Positions 10,208-19,135 of a DNA stretch of 32,000 nucleotides are shown in pieces. Numbering within the stretch: position 1 is the first letter of the stretch; each line of letters begins with the position of its first letter. The notes beneath the pieces were generated by a model. That model ran no database searches. It was not told the origin of the DNA and worked only from the letters and a program-made list of their open reading frames with translations. Position numbers and translations under genes: made by a program. The stretch lies in the NCBI RefSeq assembly GCF_000011805.1, contig NC_006841.2. One strand, given 5' to 3'. The stretch comes from Aliivibrio fischeri ES114. GTDB lineage: Bacteria > Pseudomonadota > Gammaproteobacteria > Enterobacterales > Vibrionaceae.

Positions 10208-12298
10208 TTGAAAATAGCTTTAAATCTTAATTTTGTTAGTAGTGCGCTATCAGGGTTAACCTCTGTGTTTAAACGTAAGAATTCGCAGTCTTCATCACGC
10301 TCTTACATTTATGATTTATCCGCAATTGCATTACTTCTTTTACCTCTAACGTTATCGAACGCAACCGCTGTTCTACTCGGGCATTTATTTAACTTTTTTG
10401 AATTTAAAGAACTTTCAAGCCTCCTTTTTCATTTATCGAATTTATTAATTAACATCTACCCACTCTCTTTTTGTGTCATTGCAGGGTATTACTTATCGCA
10501 CAAAACGACCTTTAGTAGCGCAACGTTTATCATCTACGCTTTAGCTCTGTTTTATCTGCTTTCAATAGAGAACGGTAGTTTATCTACGCCTTTCTATTTT
10601 CCTAATAACCCACTACTTGCTCTCTTAAGTGCTCTGATCACATTCATGTATTGCACTCGCTTTAATCTACAGCAACTAGAACCACAGGCTTTGGATTTTT
10701 CTTCTCGTTTGTTTAAGCACGTCTTCCACTTTTTTACTTTTATCAGCGCCGCCTTTTTATTGTCTAAATTGATGATGAAAGTCATTAATTACATGACGGC
10801 ATTAATCGGCAACATGAGTGCTGACCCTTTAACCTTTACTGGTGGGCTAATCTACCAAACCATTCTTGGGTTATTAGGCGCGATTGGCATTAATGGCCAC
10901 AACATGTTATTTGCCGTTAAACAGACCATCTATTCTGAAACTCAACAGAATATGGCGGATTGGGCAGCAGGAGAAGCAACGTTAAATATCATAAACCAAG
11001 GATTTTATGATGCGTTTATGTCAATGGGTGGCTCAGGGAACTCCATCAGTTTATTACTTTGTATTCTTCTATTTTCAAAAGAAAAAAATCATATTATGTT
11101 GGCTCTCGCAGCTTTCCCATTGGTAATGTTTAATATCAATGAGGTTTTGCTGTTTGGCTTACCAATCATCTTTAATCCATTACTGATCGTCCCATTTGTT
11201 GCGTTACCATTAATCAGTTTTTTAATTACTTATTTAGCTATTTTTTCAGGGGCAATATCTCCAGTCGTTAATATCGTTAACTGGATGACTCCACCATTAT
11301 TTAGTGGTTATGTTGCTATGGGAGAAAGCATAGAAGGCTCAATATTACAGCTTGTTATTATCATTGTAGGCATTTTTGTATATCGTCCTTTTTATCTTGC
11401 ATTTGCAGGGAAATACGCTCTCAATCACCCTGCGGTACTGAGTAATACGAATATAGAACAGTCGATTTTTAAAAGCCTATTAGATAACGTTAGAAGCTCA
11501 GCAGCGACGAGCTTAAAGCATTCTTCAACCCAGCAACGCTTATCGCGAATGCTGCACGAAGATGGCTTTGTAATGCATTATCAATTACTTCAATCTGTTG
11601 TTGAGAAAGACGTTATCTCTTTTGAGGCATTATTGCGCTATCAAGATCGTGAAGGCAATTTATGCCCGCCTACCTTTATTAGCGATTTCCAACTGCTTAA
11701 TATGATGCCAACACTGGATAAATTGGTTATTGATAAAGTCTTAACTGATATGCAGAAAATGGATCTCAACGAAGATCGACGTGTTGCTATCAATATTTCT
11801 GTCGCTTCCATTGAAGAACATGGTTTTGCAGAACACGTAATCGATCGTCTAAAGTTCTTTTCAATTCCACCACATTGGCTAGAAATTGAGATAACAGAAG
11901 AAGCTATTTTAAGTGATAACCATAATCTGCTAAGTACATTAGAGATCTTAAAGTCCCATGGAATTAAAATCGCTATGGATGATTTTGGAACCGGTTATGC
12001 TTCGTTCCCACATCTACTAAAATACCCATTTGATAAAATTAAGTTAGACCGCTCTTTGTTATTAGATGCTTCTACAACTAAAGGTAAACAGTTATACCAA
12101 TTAATCGCTCAAATGGGTGATGTAGCAAATTGTGAAGTGGTAGCAGAAGGTGTTGAAACTGAAGATGAATTTAAATTTGTTGCCGAGTGTGGTGTTGATA
12201 AAGTACAAGGCTTTTTGATTGCGCGACCACAACCGCTTTCTGAAGCGCTAAAATTAATAAAGCGCAACGATCAGATTGATACCAATCGTAATAAATAA
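10208..12298 (+). CDS. Membrane-bound EAL-domain c-di-GMP phosphodiesterase fused to a PTS EIIC (lactose/cellobiose-like) domain
   Basis: N-terminal multi-TM region with EIIC-like YQTILGLLGAIGINGHNMLFAVK and PIIFNPLLIVPFV. C-terminal EAL domain has FEALLRYQ, VAINIS, LEIEITEEA, AMDDFGTGYAS, FDKIKLDRS and VVAEGVET. Start is a TTG; no nearby ATG was found. Confidence 0.9.
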   Translation: MKIALNLNFVSSALSGLTSVFKRKNSQSSSRSYIYDLSAIALLLLPLTLSNATAVLLGHLFNFFEFKELSSLLFHLSNLLINIYPLSFCVIAGYYLSHKTTFSSATFIIYALALFYLLSIENGSLSTPFYFPNNPLLALLSALITFMYCTRFNLQQLEPQALDFSSRLFKHVFHFFTFISAAFLLSKLMMKVINYMTALIGNMSADPLTFTGGLIYQTILGLLGAIGINGHNMLFAVKQTIYSETQQNMADWAAGEATLNIINQGFYDAFMSMGGSGNSISLLLCILLFSKEKNHIMLALAAFPLVMFNINEVLLFGLPIIFNPLLIVPFVALPLISFLITYLAIFSGAISPVVNIVNWMTPPLFSGYVAMGESIEGSILQLVIIIVGIFVYRPFYLAFAGKYALNHPAVLSNTNIEQSIFKSLLDNVRSSAATSLKHSSTQQRLSRMLHEDGFVMHYQLLQSVVEKDVISFEALLRYQDREGNLCPPTFISDFQLLNMMPTLDKLVIDKVLTDMQKMDLNEDRRVAINISVASIEEHGFAEHVIDRLKFFSIPPHWLEIEITEEAILSDNHNLLSTLEILKSHGIKIAMDDFGTGYASFPHLLKYPFDKIKLDRSLLLDASTTKGKQLYQLIAQMGDVANCEVVAEGVETEDEFKFVAECGVDKVQGFLIARPQPLSEALKLIKRNDQIDTNRNK

Positions 12299-12385
12299 CG
12301 AGTCATTTTAGCTGGTTAAAGACTTGATAACTGCGTTAGAGTTTTTGCTTGTAGAGTAAAGGACTATTCCTCATAGTTCTTTTTA

Positions 12386-13258
12386 CTACCACATAACTAG
12401 CACAGCAGCGATTGCTATCAATATTAACGCTAATATGTCTTTTCTTTTTATCCCCTCTTTTAACCAAAAGAAAGAAATCAACATAGTAAAAAAAACTTCA
12501 ACTTGACCCAAGGTTTTTACTAATGGCACCGTTTGTAATGACATGGCACTAAACCAACCAAGCGATCCAATAAAGCTAGCTATACTGGTCATAACAACCA
12601 ATTTAGGCTTTATAAACATCTCCTTAAGTGTATTTAAATCCCTGATTAAAAGATAAGAAACAAGTGCAATGGTTTGAAGTAGAATCACCAAGAATAAAAC
12701 CCAAGCGGCACGATGTGGAAATGGCAGTGATAAGGTTAAACTCGCCTCTCTTATCCACAATGACGTTAACGCAAAAGAGGTACTACACGCCAAACCTATG
12801 ATTGCCGTTTTGAATGAAATACTACGAAAGCCATCAGGACAACTTAATAAGAAGACAGCAACCGCGCCGATTGCCACCCCTAACCACCCAAATAATGATA
12901 AAGACGTGCCAAAGAATAAAACACCAAGAAAAGCAGACACAGGAGCTTCACTCTTTGCCAACCCTGCTCCAATGGCAAAGTTTTTCTGTTTAAACAATAC
13001 CACCATCAAGCCTGTGGCGATGATCTGCATTACTGATGCGCCAATAATGAAAAAATACGAATAAGCCGTAAAGCTTGGTAAATTAACAGGCTCAAAGTAA
13101 TAAAGAAGCCACAGATATATTGCTGCTAATGGACCGGCCCACAAAAATCGTGACAGTGTCACGCCCGTCACATTCAATTCTTTACTTAATCGGCTTTGAA
13201 ACGCATTCCGCCATGATTGGCTAAACGCGGCAAGTAACGTAAATAATATCCAACTCAC
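12386..13258 (-). CDS. EamA/DMT-family transporter
   Basis: 290 aa, about 10 TM helices, with two-fold EamA-type repeats (FSQSWRNAFQSRLSKELN..., PLVKTLGQVEVFFTMLISFFWLKEGIKRKDILALILIAIAAVLV). Confidence 0.85.
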   Translation of the reverse strand: MSWILFTLLAAFSQSWRNAFQSRLSKELNVTGVTLSRFLWAGPLAAIYLWLLYYFEPVNLPSFTAYSYFFIIGASVMQIIATGLMVVLFKQKNFAIGAGLAKSEAPVSAFLGVLFFGTSLSLFGWLGVAIGAVAVFLLSCPDGFRSISFKTAIIGLACSTSFALTSLWIREASLTLSLPFPHRAAWVLFLVILLQTIALVSYLLIRDLNTLKEMFIKPKLVVMTSIASFIGSLGWFSAMSLQTVPLVKTLGQVEVFFTMLISFFWLKEGIKRKDILALILIAIAAVLVMW

Positions 13259-13339
13259 ACATCATCCTTTATGAATCACTTCCTTTTCTCACATGATACA
13301 TAAGTGAAACTCTATAGATAGTCGTTGTGAGTGATTATT

Positions 13340-14206
13340 TTATACTTTTACCATCGCTCTATAATCAGAAGGGGTATAACTGGTTTTATTCTTAAATACA
13401 CGATAAAAATAGTTCACATCTTGAAAGCCACAACGTGTTGCTACCTCAGTTAAACGGAAGGTGTATTTCTTTAGCATAAACTTAGCGCGTTCAATTCTCA
13501 CCCATGTTATATAATCAGCCAATGTCATATGTCCTTGTTGTCTAAACATACGCGATAAATGGTTTGGTGAAATATTAAAACGATTCGCAATCGTGGTTCT
13601 ATCTATGCTTTTATGGAAATTCTCTTGAATATAAATACAGATACCTTGATACAAGTCCTCACTGCGCTTTTTAGGCGACACCGCTTCACTTGGCTCACCT
13701 AACATGGATTTACTGTAACTGAGTAACGCAAGAAGCAGATATTCGTCGATCTGCTTTTTGTTTGGTTCGCGGGCTAACGCATTTAGCGCTTCTAAAATAT
13801 TATCAATAGCATGACCTGTACGAGTCTGAATACTGTACTTTTGTACGTCGTAAAACCCCTCTTCCCCTTTACGCTTACTCACTAAGCTAAATCCAACTTG
13901 TCTGCGACCAAAGAGCAAACTAAGTACAGAGCAATCCTCACTCCAATCTGGCTTGTTCCAGCAGTTCGGTGGGATATACAAGGCGTCACCAGCCATGACT
14001 TTAACTTCAGTAATGCCAAATTCGGGATCTTCTATTTGATTTCGGTATTCACCACTAATCACCAATTCTAGACGAGGAAAGTTTACCTGATAACAACATG
14101 CGGGAGGCGTTACTTTATCTCCAGCAAACCAGATCTGATTAAAGCTTTCCCTCTCAGCCAACAAGGCCTCTAAAACGGTATTAAATACTAAATCCATGAT
14201 AACCAC
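13340..14206 (-). CDS. AraC-family transcriptional regulator with N-terminal cupin-like sensor domain
   Basis: C-terminal AraC HTH: IANRFNISPNHLSRMFRQQGHMTLADYITWVRIERAKFMLKKYTFRLTEVATRCGFQDVNYFYRVFKNKTSYTPSDYR. Confidence 0.92.
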   Translation of the reverse strand: MVIMDLVFNTVLEALLAERESFNQIWFAGDKVTPPACCYQVNFPRLELVISGEYRNQIEDPEFGITEVKVMAGDALYIPPNCWNKPDWSEDCSVLSLLFGRRQVGFSLVSKRKGEEGFYDVQKYSIQTRTGHAIDNILEALNALAREPNKKQIDEYLLLALLSYSKSMLGEPSEAVSPKKRSEDLYQGICIYIQENFHKSIDRTTIANRFNISPNHLSRMFRQQGHMTLADYITWVRIERAKFMLKKYTFRLTEVATRCGFQDVNYFYRVFKNKTSYTPSDYRAMVKV

Positions 14207-14375
14207 TTTACGAAAATAACCGCATTTTTATCCACTTTAATAATCAAGTGCATGATTACTATTGATAAAAACAACAATGAGAAACACACCAAGCAATCAT
14301 GTAACTCTTTATTTATTAAATATTTTTTTGATTTGTACATTATAGATATTTCGTTTTATAAAAATAAGAGCTGAA

Positions 14376-14415
14376 TCACACTTGCTGACAGATGTTACAA
14401 TAATCCAGTAAATGT
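14376..14415 (+). promoter_or_regulatory. Shared upstream element, copy 1 (TCACACTT-N10-GTTACAATAATCCAGTAAATGT)
   Basis: The same two blocks with the same spacing occur at 19022-19061. Each lies about 100 nt upstream of a PTS permease gene. Confidence 0.6.
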
Positions 14416-14497
14416 CTTTCTCGCACACTTACACAAAGCCCTTATTCCATTCAAACTGTCCCTACATAAGTAACCCATCATTAACAGGGAATATTTC

Positions 14498-16399
14498 ATG
14501 ATTACTGACTTAATCAATGAACAACTCATTTGTTTAAACCTGAAAGCTCAAACTAAAGACGACGTTTTTTCTGAAATGGCTGAACACTTGTTCCAACAAG
14601 GCCGTATCAGTGATAAACAACAATTTTTAGCGGATATCTACGCTCGTGAAGAGTTAGGAAATACCGGATTTGAAGAAGGCGTTGCCCTTCCTCATGCTAA
14701 AAGTGCGGCGGTTATTTCTCCTGCTGTAATGATTGGTGTTAGCAAAGAAGGCATCGAATACGGTGCTGAAGATGGTCTTCCATCTCGCCTATTCTTCATG
14801 ATCGCCTCACCAGCAAATGGTGCAGATCACCACATTGAAGTACTTGCAGAACTATCATCTAAGTTAATCGAAGACGGCTTTATTGAGAAATTCTTAAACA
14901 CAACTTCTTCAAAAATGGCACTTGAATTACTGCTTCAAAAAACTGACGAAGCAGAAGCTGTTGAAGCGAATAAAGGGTTCTTGATTGGCGTTACAGGTTG
15001 CCCTGCAGGTATTGCACATACTTACCTTGCATCTGAAGCACTTGAGAAAGGTGCCGCTGAATTAGGTTATCAAATCAAAGTAGAAACGAACGGTTCTATT
15101 GGTGTTAAAAATAGTCCAACAGCCGAAGAAATCGAAAAAGCAGAAGCGATCATCGTGGCTTGTGATAAGCAAGTGGATCTGAATCGTTTTGCTGGTAAAA
15201 AATTAATTCAAACTGGCGTAAAAGCGCCAATTAAAGATGCGAAAGGGTTAATTACTCAATCACTTTCTCAACCACCTTTTGTGGCTGATAACTCTAATGC
15301 ATCGTCTGAAACAAAAGACAAAGCATCACAAACTCGTTCTGATCTATACCGTTACCTAATGAATGGCGTATCTCACATGATCCCATTCGTTGTTACTGGT
15401 GGTCTATTGATCGCACTGGCTCTAGCGCTTGGTGGTCAACCAACAGAAAGTGGAATGGCAATTCCTCCTGGTAGCCTATGGAATAAAGTGCTTGATGTTG
15501 GTGTAGTTGCCTTTACTTTAATGATCCCTGTTTTAGCCGGTTACATTGCTTACGCTATTGCTGATCGTCCTGCTCTTGCTCCTGGCTTAATTGGCGGTTG
15601 GATTGCAAACAATGGTTCATTCTACGGTGCCGAAGCAGGTACTGGTTTCATTGGTGCTATCATCGCTGGTTTATTAGTGGGTTACTTCGTTAAATTTGTT
15701 GCCAACATTAACTACAACAAATTTATTCAACCGCTAGTTCCTATTATGATTGCTCCTATTGCAGGCTCTCTATTTATCTCAGGTCTGTTTATCTTTGTTA
15801 TTGGTGCTCCAATCGCAAGCTTAATGGATTCATTAACTGCGCTGCTTACTACAATGAGTACAGGTAACGTTGTATTGCTTGGTATCGTACTGGGTGGTAT
15901 GGCTGGCTTTGATATGGGTGGTCCATTCAACAAAGTAGCCTTCCTATTCTCTGTAGGTATGATTGCAAGTGGTCAAACTCAATTTATGGGTGCAATGGCA
16001 TGTGCGATTCCTGTTGCTCCACTAGGTATGTCTTTAGCAACCGTTATTGGTCGTAAATTCAATATCTTTGAAGAATCTGAAACCGAAGCAGGTAAAGCAG
16101 CTGGTGCAATGGGCTTAGTCGGTATCTCTGAAGGTGCGATTCCATTTGCAGCTCAAGATCCATTATCTGTTATCCCTGCGAACATGCTTGGTTCAATCAC
16201 TGCTGCAGTAATGGCTTTCTCATTTGGTATTACAAACAGTGTTGCTCACGGTGGTCCAGTTGTTGCGCTTCTTGGTGCAATGAACAAACCAGTACTAGCA
16301 ATTGCATGTATGGCAGCAGGTACTGTTGTGACTGCTCTAGTTTGTGTATCACTTAAAAAGATGCGCCAGAACAAAAATTCTGCTCCTGTAGCTGCTTAA
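14498..16399 (+). CDS. PTS fructose/mannose-type transporter, EIIA-EIIB-EIIC fusion
   Basis: EIIA has GVALPHAKSAAV; EIIB has GVTGCPAGIAHTYLASEALEKGA; EIIC has PFVVTGGLLIALA, GGWIANNGSFYGAEAGTG and GMAGFDMGGPFNKVAF. Upstream of manA, so mannose/fructose is plausible. Confidence 0.93.
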   Translation: MITDLINEQLICLNLKAQTKDDVFSEMAEHLFQQGRISDKQQFLADIYAREELGNTGFEEGVALPHAKSAAVISPAVMIGVSKEGIEYGAEDGLPSRLFFMIASPANGADHHIEVLAELSSKLIEDGFIEKFLNTTSSKMALELLLQKTDEAEAVEANKGFLIGVTGCPAGIAHTYLASEALEKGAAELGYQIKVETNGSIGVKNSPTAEEIEKAEAIIVACDKQVDLNRFAGKKLIQTGVKAPIKDAKGLITQSLSQPPFVADNSNASSETKDKASQTRSDLYRYLMNGVSHMIPFVVTGGLLIALALALGGQPTESGMAIPPGSLWNKVLDVGVVAFTLMIPVLAGYIAYAIADRPALAPGLIGGWIANNGSFYGAEAGTGFIGAIIAGLLVGYFVKFVANINYNKFIQPLVPIMIAPIAGSLFISGLFIFVIGAPIASLMDSLTALLTTMSTGNVVLLGIVLGGMAGFDMGGPFNKVAFLFSVGMIASGQTQFMGAMACAIPVAPLGMSLATVIGRKFNIFEESETEAGKAAGAMGLVGISEGAIPFAAQDPLSVIPANMLGSITAAVMAFSFGITNSVAHGGPVVALLGAMNKPVLAIACMAAGTVVTALVCVSLKKMRQNKNSAPVAA

Positions 16400-16470
16400 T
16401 TGCTCTGACACTATTGACGACAATCCCCCTGTCGTTGATAGTGTCTTTCTAGTTTTATGACGAGTACATT

Positions 16471-17667
16471 ATGAACGCATTAAAACCTCAAACTTTTTAC
16501 CCAATGACCAACGTAATTCAAGATTATGCTTGGGGAAGTCACACTTCAATCGAAGCCTTATTTGATATAAAAAACAACACAGGTAAACCTCAAGCTGAAC
16601 TTTGGATGGGTGCTCATCCTAATGGTTGTTCTGCGGTTACTGTTAATGGCGACTCTGTTCTTCTATCTGATTTAATCAATCAAGATAAAGAAGCTTTTTT
16701 ATCAAAAACAACAGCTGATGCCTTTGGTGAATTACCGTACCTTTTTAAAGTACTGGCAGCAGAAAAAGCCCTTTCTATTCAAGTTCACCCAAATAAACAA
16801 CAAGCGGTTGATGGGTTTGAAAAAGAAGAAAAAACAGGCATTGCCCTAACGGCTTTCAATCGTAACTACAAAGATAACAACCACAAACCTGAATTGGTTT
16901 ACGCATTAACTGACTATAAAGCGATGAACGGCTTTAAAGATTATCAAGAAATCGTCTCTTTGTTCTCTGCAATGCAGCTTCCAACTATTGCATCTTATGT
17001 TGATGACTTAGCTCAGGAACCAAATTCAAACGGTTTACAACGTTTCTTTAAAGCAATTCTTTCTTTAGAAAATGAAACCAAAGAGCGTGCTGTTGCTGAA
17101 TTACTGGATTACGCATCAAACAGCACTGATGAGCTATTTGTGCTGCTTCAAGATCTTGCGATTCAATACCCGAATGACGTGGGTTTATTTGCTCCACTTA
17201 TGCTTAATGTTATTACGTTAAAACCAGGTGAAGCAATGTTCCTAAGCGCATGTACACCGCACGCTTATATTCATGGAACAGGGTTAGAAATCATGGCAAA
17301 CTCTGACAACGTATTACGTGCAGGGTTAACACCTAAATACATGGATATTGATGAATTGATGTCTTGCACTGAGTTTGTAAGCCAACCGCTTTCATCATTA
17401 CTTACTCAACCAAATACGGTTGATGGTGGTATGAGCTACCCTATCCCTGTTAATGACTTTAAATTCTCAGTATTTACCGCAACAGATGCGTTAACGCTAG
17501 AAACCAACAGCGCAGAAATCTTATTCGCTATTGATAGTGATTTAACCTTAACTCATGAAAATGGGGAGTCGGTAACAATAGCAAAAGGACACTCTGTTTT
17601 TGTTCCTGCTTATGCAAAACGTTACTCGTTAACCAGCAGTGGTAACGTAGCGAGAGCGTATAACTAA
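16471..17667 (+). CDS. manA: Class I mannose-6-phosphate isomerase
   Basis: QDYAWGSHTSIEALF, GKPQAELWMGAHPNG, KVLAAEKALSIQVHPNK, HKPELVYAL, LFAPLMLNVITLKPGEAMFLSACTPHAYIHGTGLEIMANSDNVLRAGLTPK. Confidence 0.96.
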   Translation: MNALKPQTFYPMTNVIQDYAWGSHTSIEALFDIKNNTGKPQAELWMGAHPNGCSAVTVNGDSVLLSDLINQDKEAFLSKTTADAFGELPYLFKVLAAEKALSIQVHPNKQQAVDGFEKEEKTGIALTAFNRNYKDNNHKPELVYALTDYKAMNGFKDYQEIVSLFSAMQLPTIASYVDDLAQEPNSNGLQRFFKAILSLENETKERAVAELLDYASNSTDELFVLLQDLAIQYPNDVGLFAPLMLNVITLKPGEAMFLSACTPHAYIHGTGLEIMANSDNVLRAGLTPKYMDIDELMSCTEFVSQPLSSLLTQPNTVDGGMSYPIPVNDFKFSVFTATDALTLETNSAEILFAIDSDLTLTHENGESVTIAKGHSVFVPAYAKRYSLTSSGNVARAYN

Positions 17668-17668
17668 A

Positions 17669-17780
17669 GGGTCTAGGGTCTAGGGTCTAGGGTCTAGGGT
17701 CTAGGGTCTAGGGTCTAGGGTCTAGGGTCTAGGGTCTAGGGTCTAGGGTCTAGGGTCTAGGGTCTAGGGTCTAGGGTCTA
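17669..17780 (+). repeat. Perfect tandem array of heptamer GGGTCTA, 16 copies (112 nt), in the manA 3' UTR
   Basis: Direct reading: 112 nt of uninterrupted period-7 sequence, bounded by TAA-A and by GCAGAATGCT. Confidence 0.97.
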
Positions 17781-17787
17781 GCAGAAT

Positions 17788-17821
17788 GCTGGCTTAGCGT
17801 TGTCGTTAAGTCAGCTTTTTT
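17788..17821 (+). terminator. Rho-independent terminator after manA and the heptamer array
   Basis: Stem GCTGGCTTA / TAAGTCAGC (one G-T wobble) followed by TTTTTT. Confidence 0.7.
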
Positions 17822-17846
17822 ATGCCCGCAATATTCATTATTGTCG

Positions 17847-18632
17847 TTACAATAATTGACACATTGCATATAAGATCAAAGCTTGAAGTCCTTTAGGTTG
17901 CCTTGTATGTACCAATCTTTGACTGAAATCCTCAGATAATAAACTCCGCGTTAAATACGTCGCAGCCATGATCATCTCTTTGGTTGGCTTTTCAGGAAGC
18001 ACCAAAGCAATAATGACATTCACATCCCCCATTTTGGATGCCCAATCAACTGGGTAATCACTGCGAATAATGGCGATTGTCGGTTTTTCTACATAAGGGG
18101 AAATAACATGTGGTAGCGCGATCTGTTTTGCCATTGCAGTCGATGAACGCTCTTCACGCTTTATCAATGCAAGCAATAGCTCATCAGATTCTTTTGGATA
18201 AATAAGTTGAGACAAACCTTTTAGGATTTCAAACTTAGACAGTACGGCTTGCGCTTTTACGTAGTGGAAATCCACCTCACACTGAGGGGTTAATTGAGGG
18301 TAAGTATTGGTAATGGTTTCTGAGAAATCACACAATTTATCTGAAGCAACAAAATCAAACGTCGACGACAATAAATCCGTTAAAACAAAATTGGCCCACT
18401 CCGCATCCATACCCACGGTGATTAATTGACAAAAATCACCAGGACACAGACCTACTTGAAGTAACCCCAATGAACTTTCAGCGTTTGTGCTTCGATTTTG
18501 AGTAATATTATCGATATAAACCAAACTCTTAAACTTTTTAGCAAGACGGGTTAATTGACTTGCAACTTGAGGTGGCAAGCCCTGATCTTTTACAAAAAAA
18601 GTAATTCGGTAATCGATAGTATTAAGCTCCAT
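17847..18632 (-). CDS. PTS fructose-type EIIA protein with N-terminal degenerate HPr-like domain
   Basis: C-terminal EIIA with MAKQIALPHV (phospho-His motif). The N-terminus GLPPQVASQLTRLAKKFKS...AESSLGLLQVGLCPGDFCQLI resembles an HPr fold but lacks the GLHxRP active site. Confidence 0.8.
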   Translation of the reverse strand: MELNTIDYRITFFVKDQGLPPQVASQLTRLAKKFKSLVYIDNITQNRSTNAESSLGLLQVGLCPGDFCQLITVGMDAEWANFVLTDLLSSTFDFVASDKLCDFSETITNTYPQLTPQCEVDFHYVKAQAVLSKFEILKGLSQLIYPKESDELLLALIKREERSSTAMAKQIALPHVISPYVEKPTIAIIRSDYPVDWASKMGDVNVIIALVLPEKPTKEMIMAATYLTRSLLSEDFSQRLVHTRQPKGLQALILYAMCQLL

Positions 18633-18931
18633 TAGAAAAGGTGTTTTTTCAGTATACCTTCAACATCCGTTAATATGGTTTCAATTGGGAATTGTTTTGA
18701 ATTAATTCCTAAAAAACGATTTTTATCTTCAATCTCGATATCCGATGCAATAATAACTAAATCAGCACTGACGATATCAACGGGTGTCAGTACATTTTCT
18801 ACCCCCATTGCACCTTGTGTTTCCACTTTAATTGAGACACCTAACTTTGCTGCCGCTTTTTTCAATACATCCGCAGCCATATAAGTATGTGCGATTCCTG
18901 TAGGACAAGCGGTAACTGCTACAATTTTCAT
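18632..18931 (-). CDS. PTS fructose-type EIIB component (99 aa)
   Basis: MKIVAVTACPTGIAHTYMAADVLKKAAAKLGVSIKVETQGAMG. Its stop overlaps the next ATG by 1 nt (TAATG), which suggests translational coupling. Confidence 0.92.
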   Translation of the reverse strand: MKIVAVTACPTGIAHTYMAADVLKKAAAKLGVSIKVETQGAMGVENVLTPVDIVSADLVIIASDIEIEDKNRFLGINSKQFPIETILTDVEGILKKHLF

Positions 18932-19021
18932 TATTAACTCTTTTCTTATTACAATTTAAATGTTCGATATATATCTGTTATTTATGATAAATTGCTTTAT
19001 ATAAATGAATAAGGATGAAAC

Positions 19022-19061
19022 TCACACTTTACCAATTAGGTTACAATAATCCAGTAAATGT
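19022..19061 (+). promoter_or_regulatory. Shared upstream element, copy 2 (TCACACTT-N10-GTTACAATAATCCAGTAAATGT)
   Basis: Matches 14376-14415 block for block, in the divergent intergenic region upstream of the second PTS permease. Confidence 0.6.
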
Positions 19062-19135
19062 ATTTTTTATCCAGTTATAAAAACCCAAAGATCAACTAAA
19101 ATTACGCCCTATTACCGGTAGATAATGGAATTGTT

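Noticed and set aside
13268-13305. Possible third copy of the 55-bp repeat (atgaatcacttccttttctcacatgataca)
   Set aside because: Only scattered similarity to the 55-mer, with internal gaps. Too weak to call a repeat without a statistical comparison.
17669-17780. GGGTCTA array as a telomere-like or CRISPR-like structure
   Set aside because: It resembles eukaryotic telomere heptamers only superficially and is internal to a chromosome region. It has no spacers, so it is not CRISPR.
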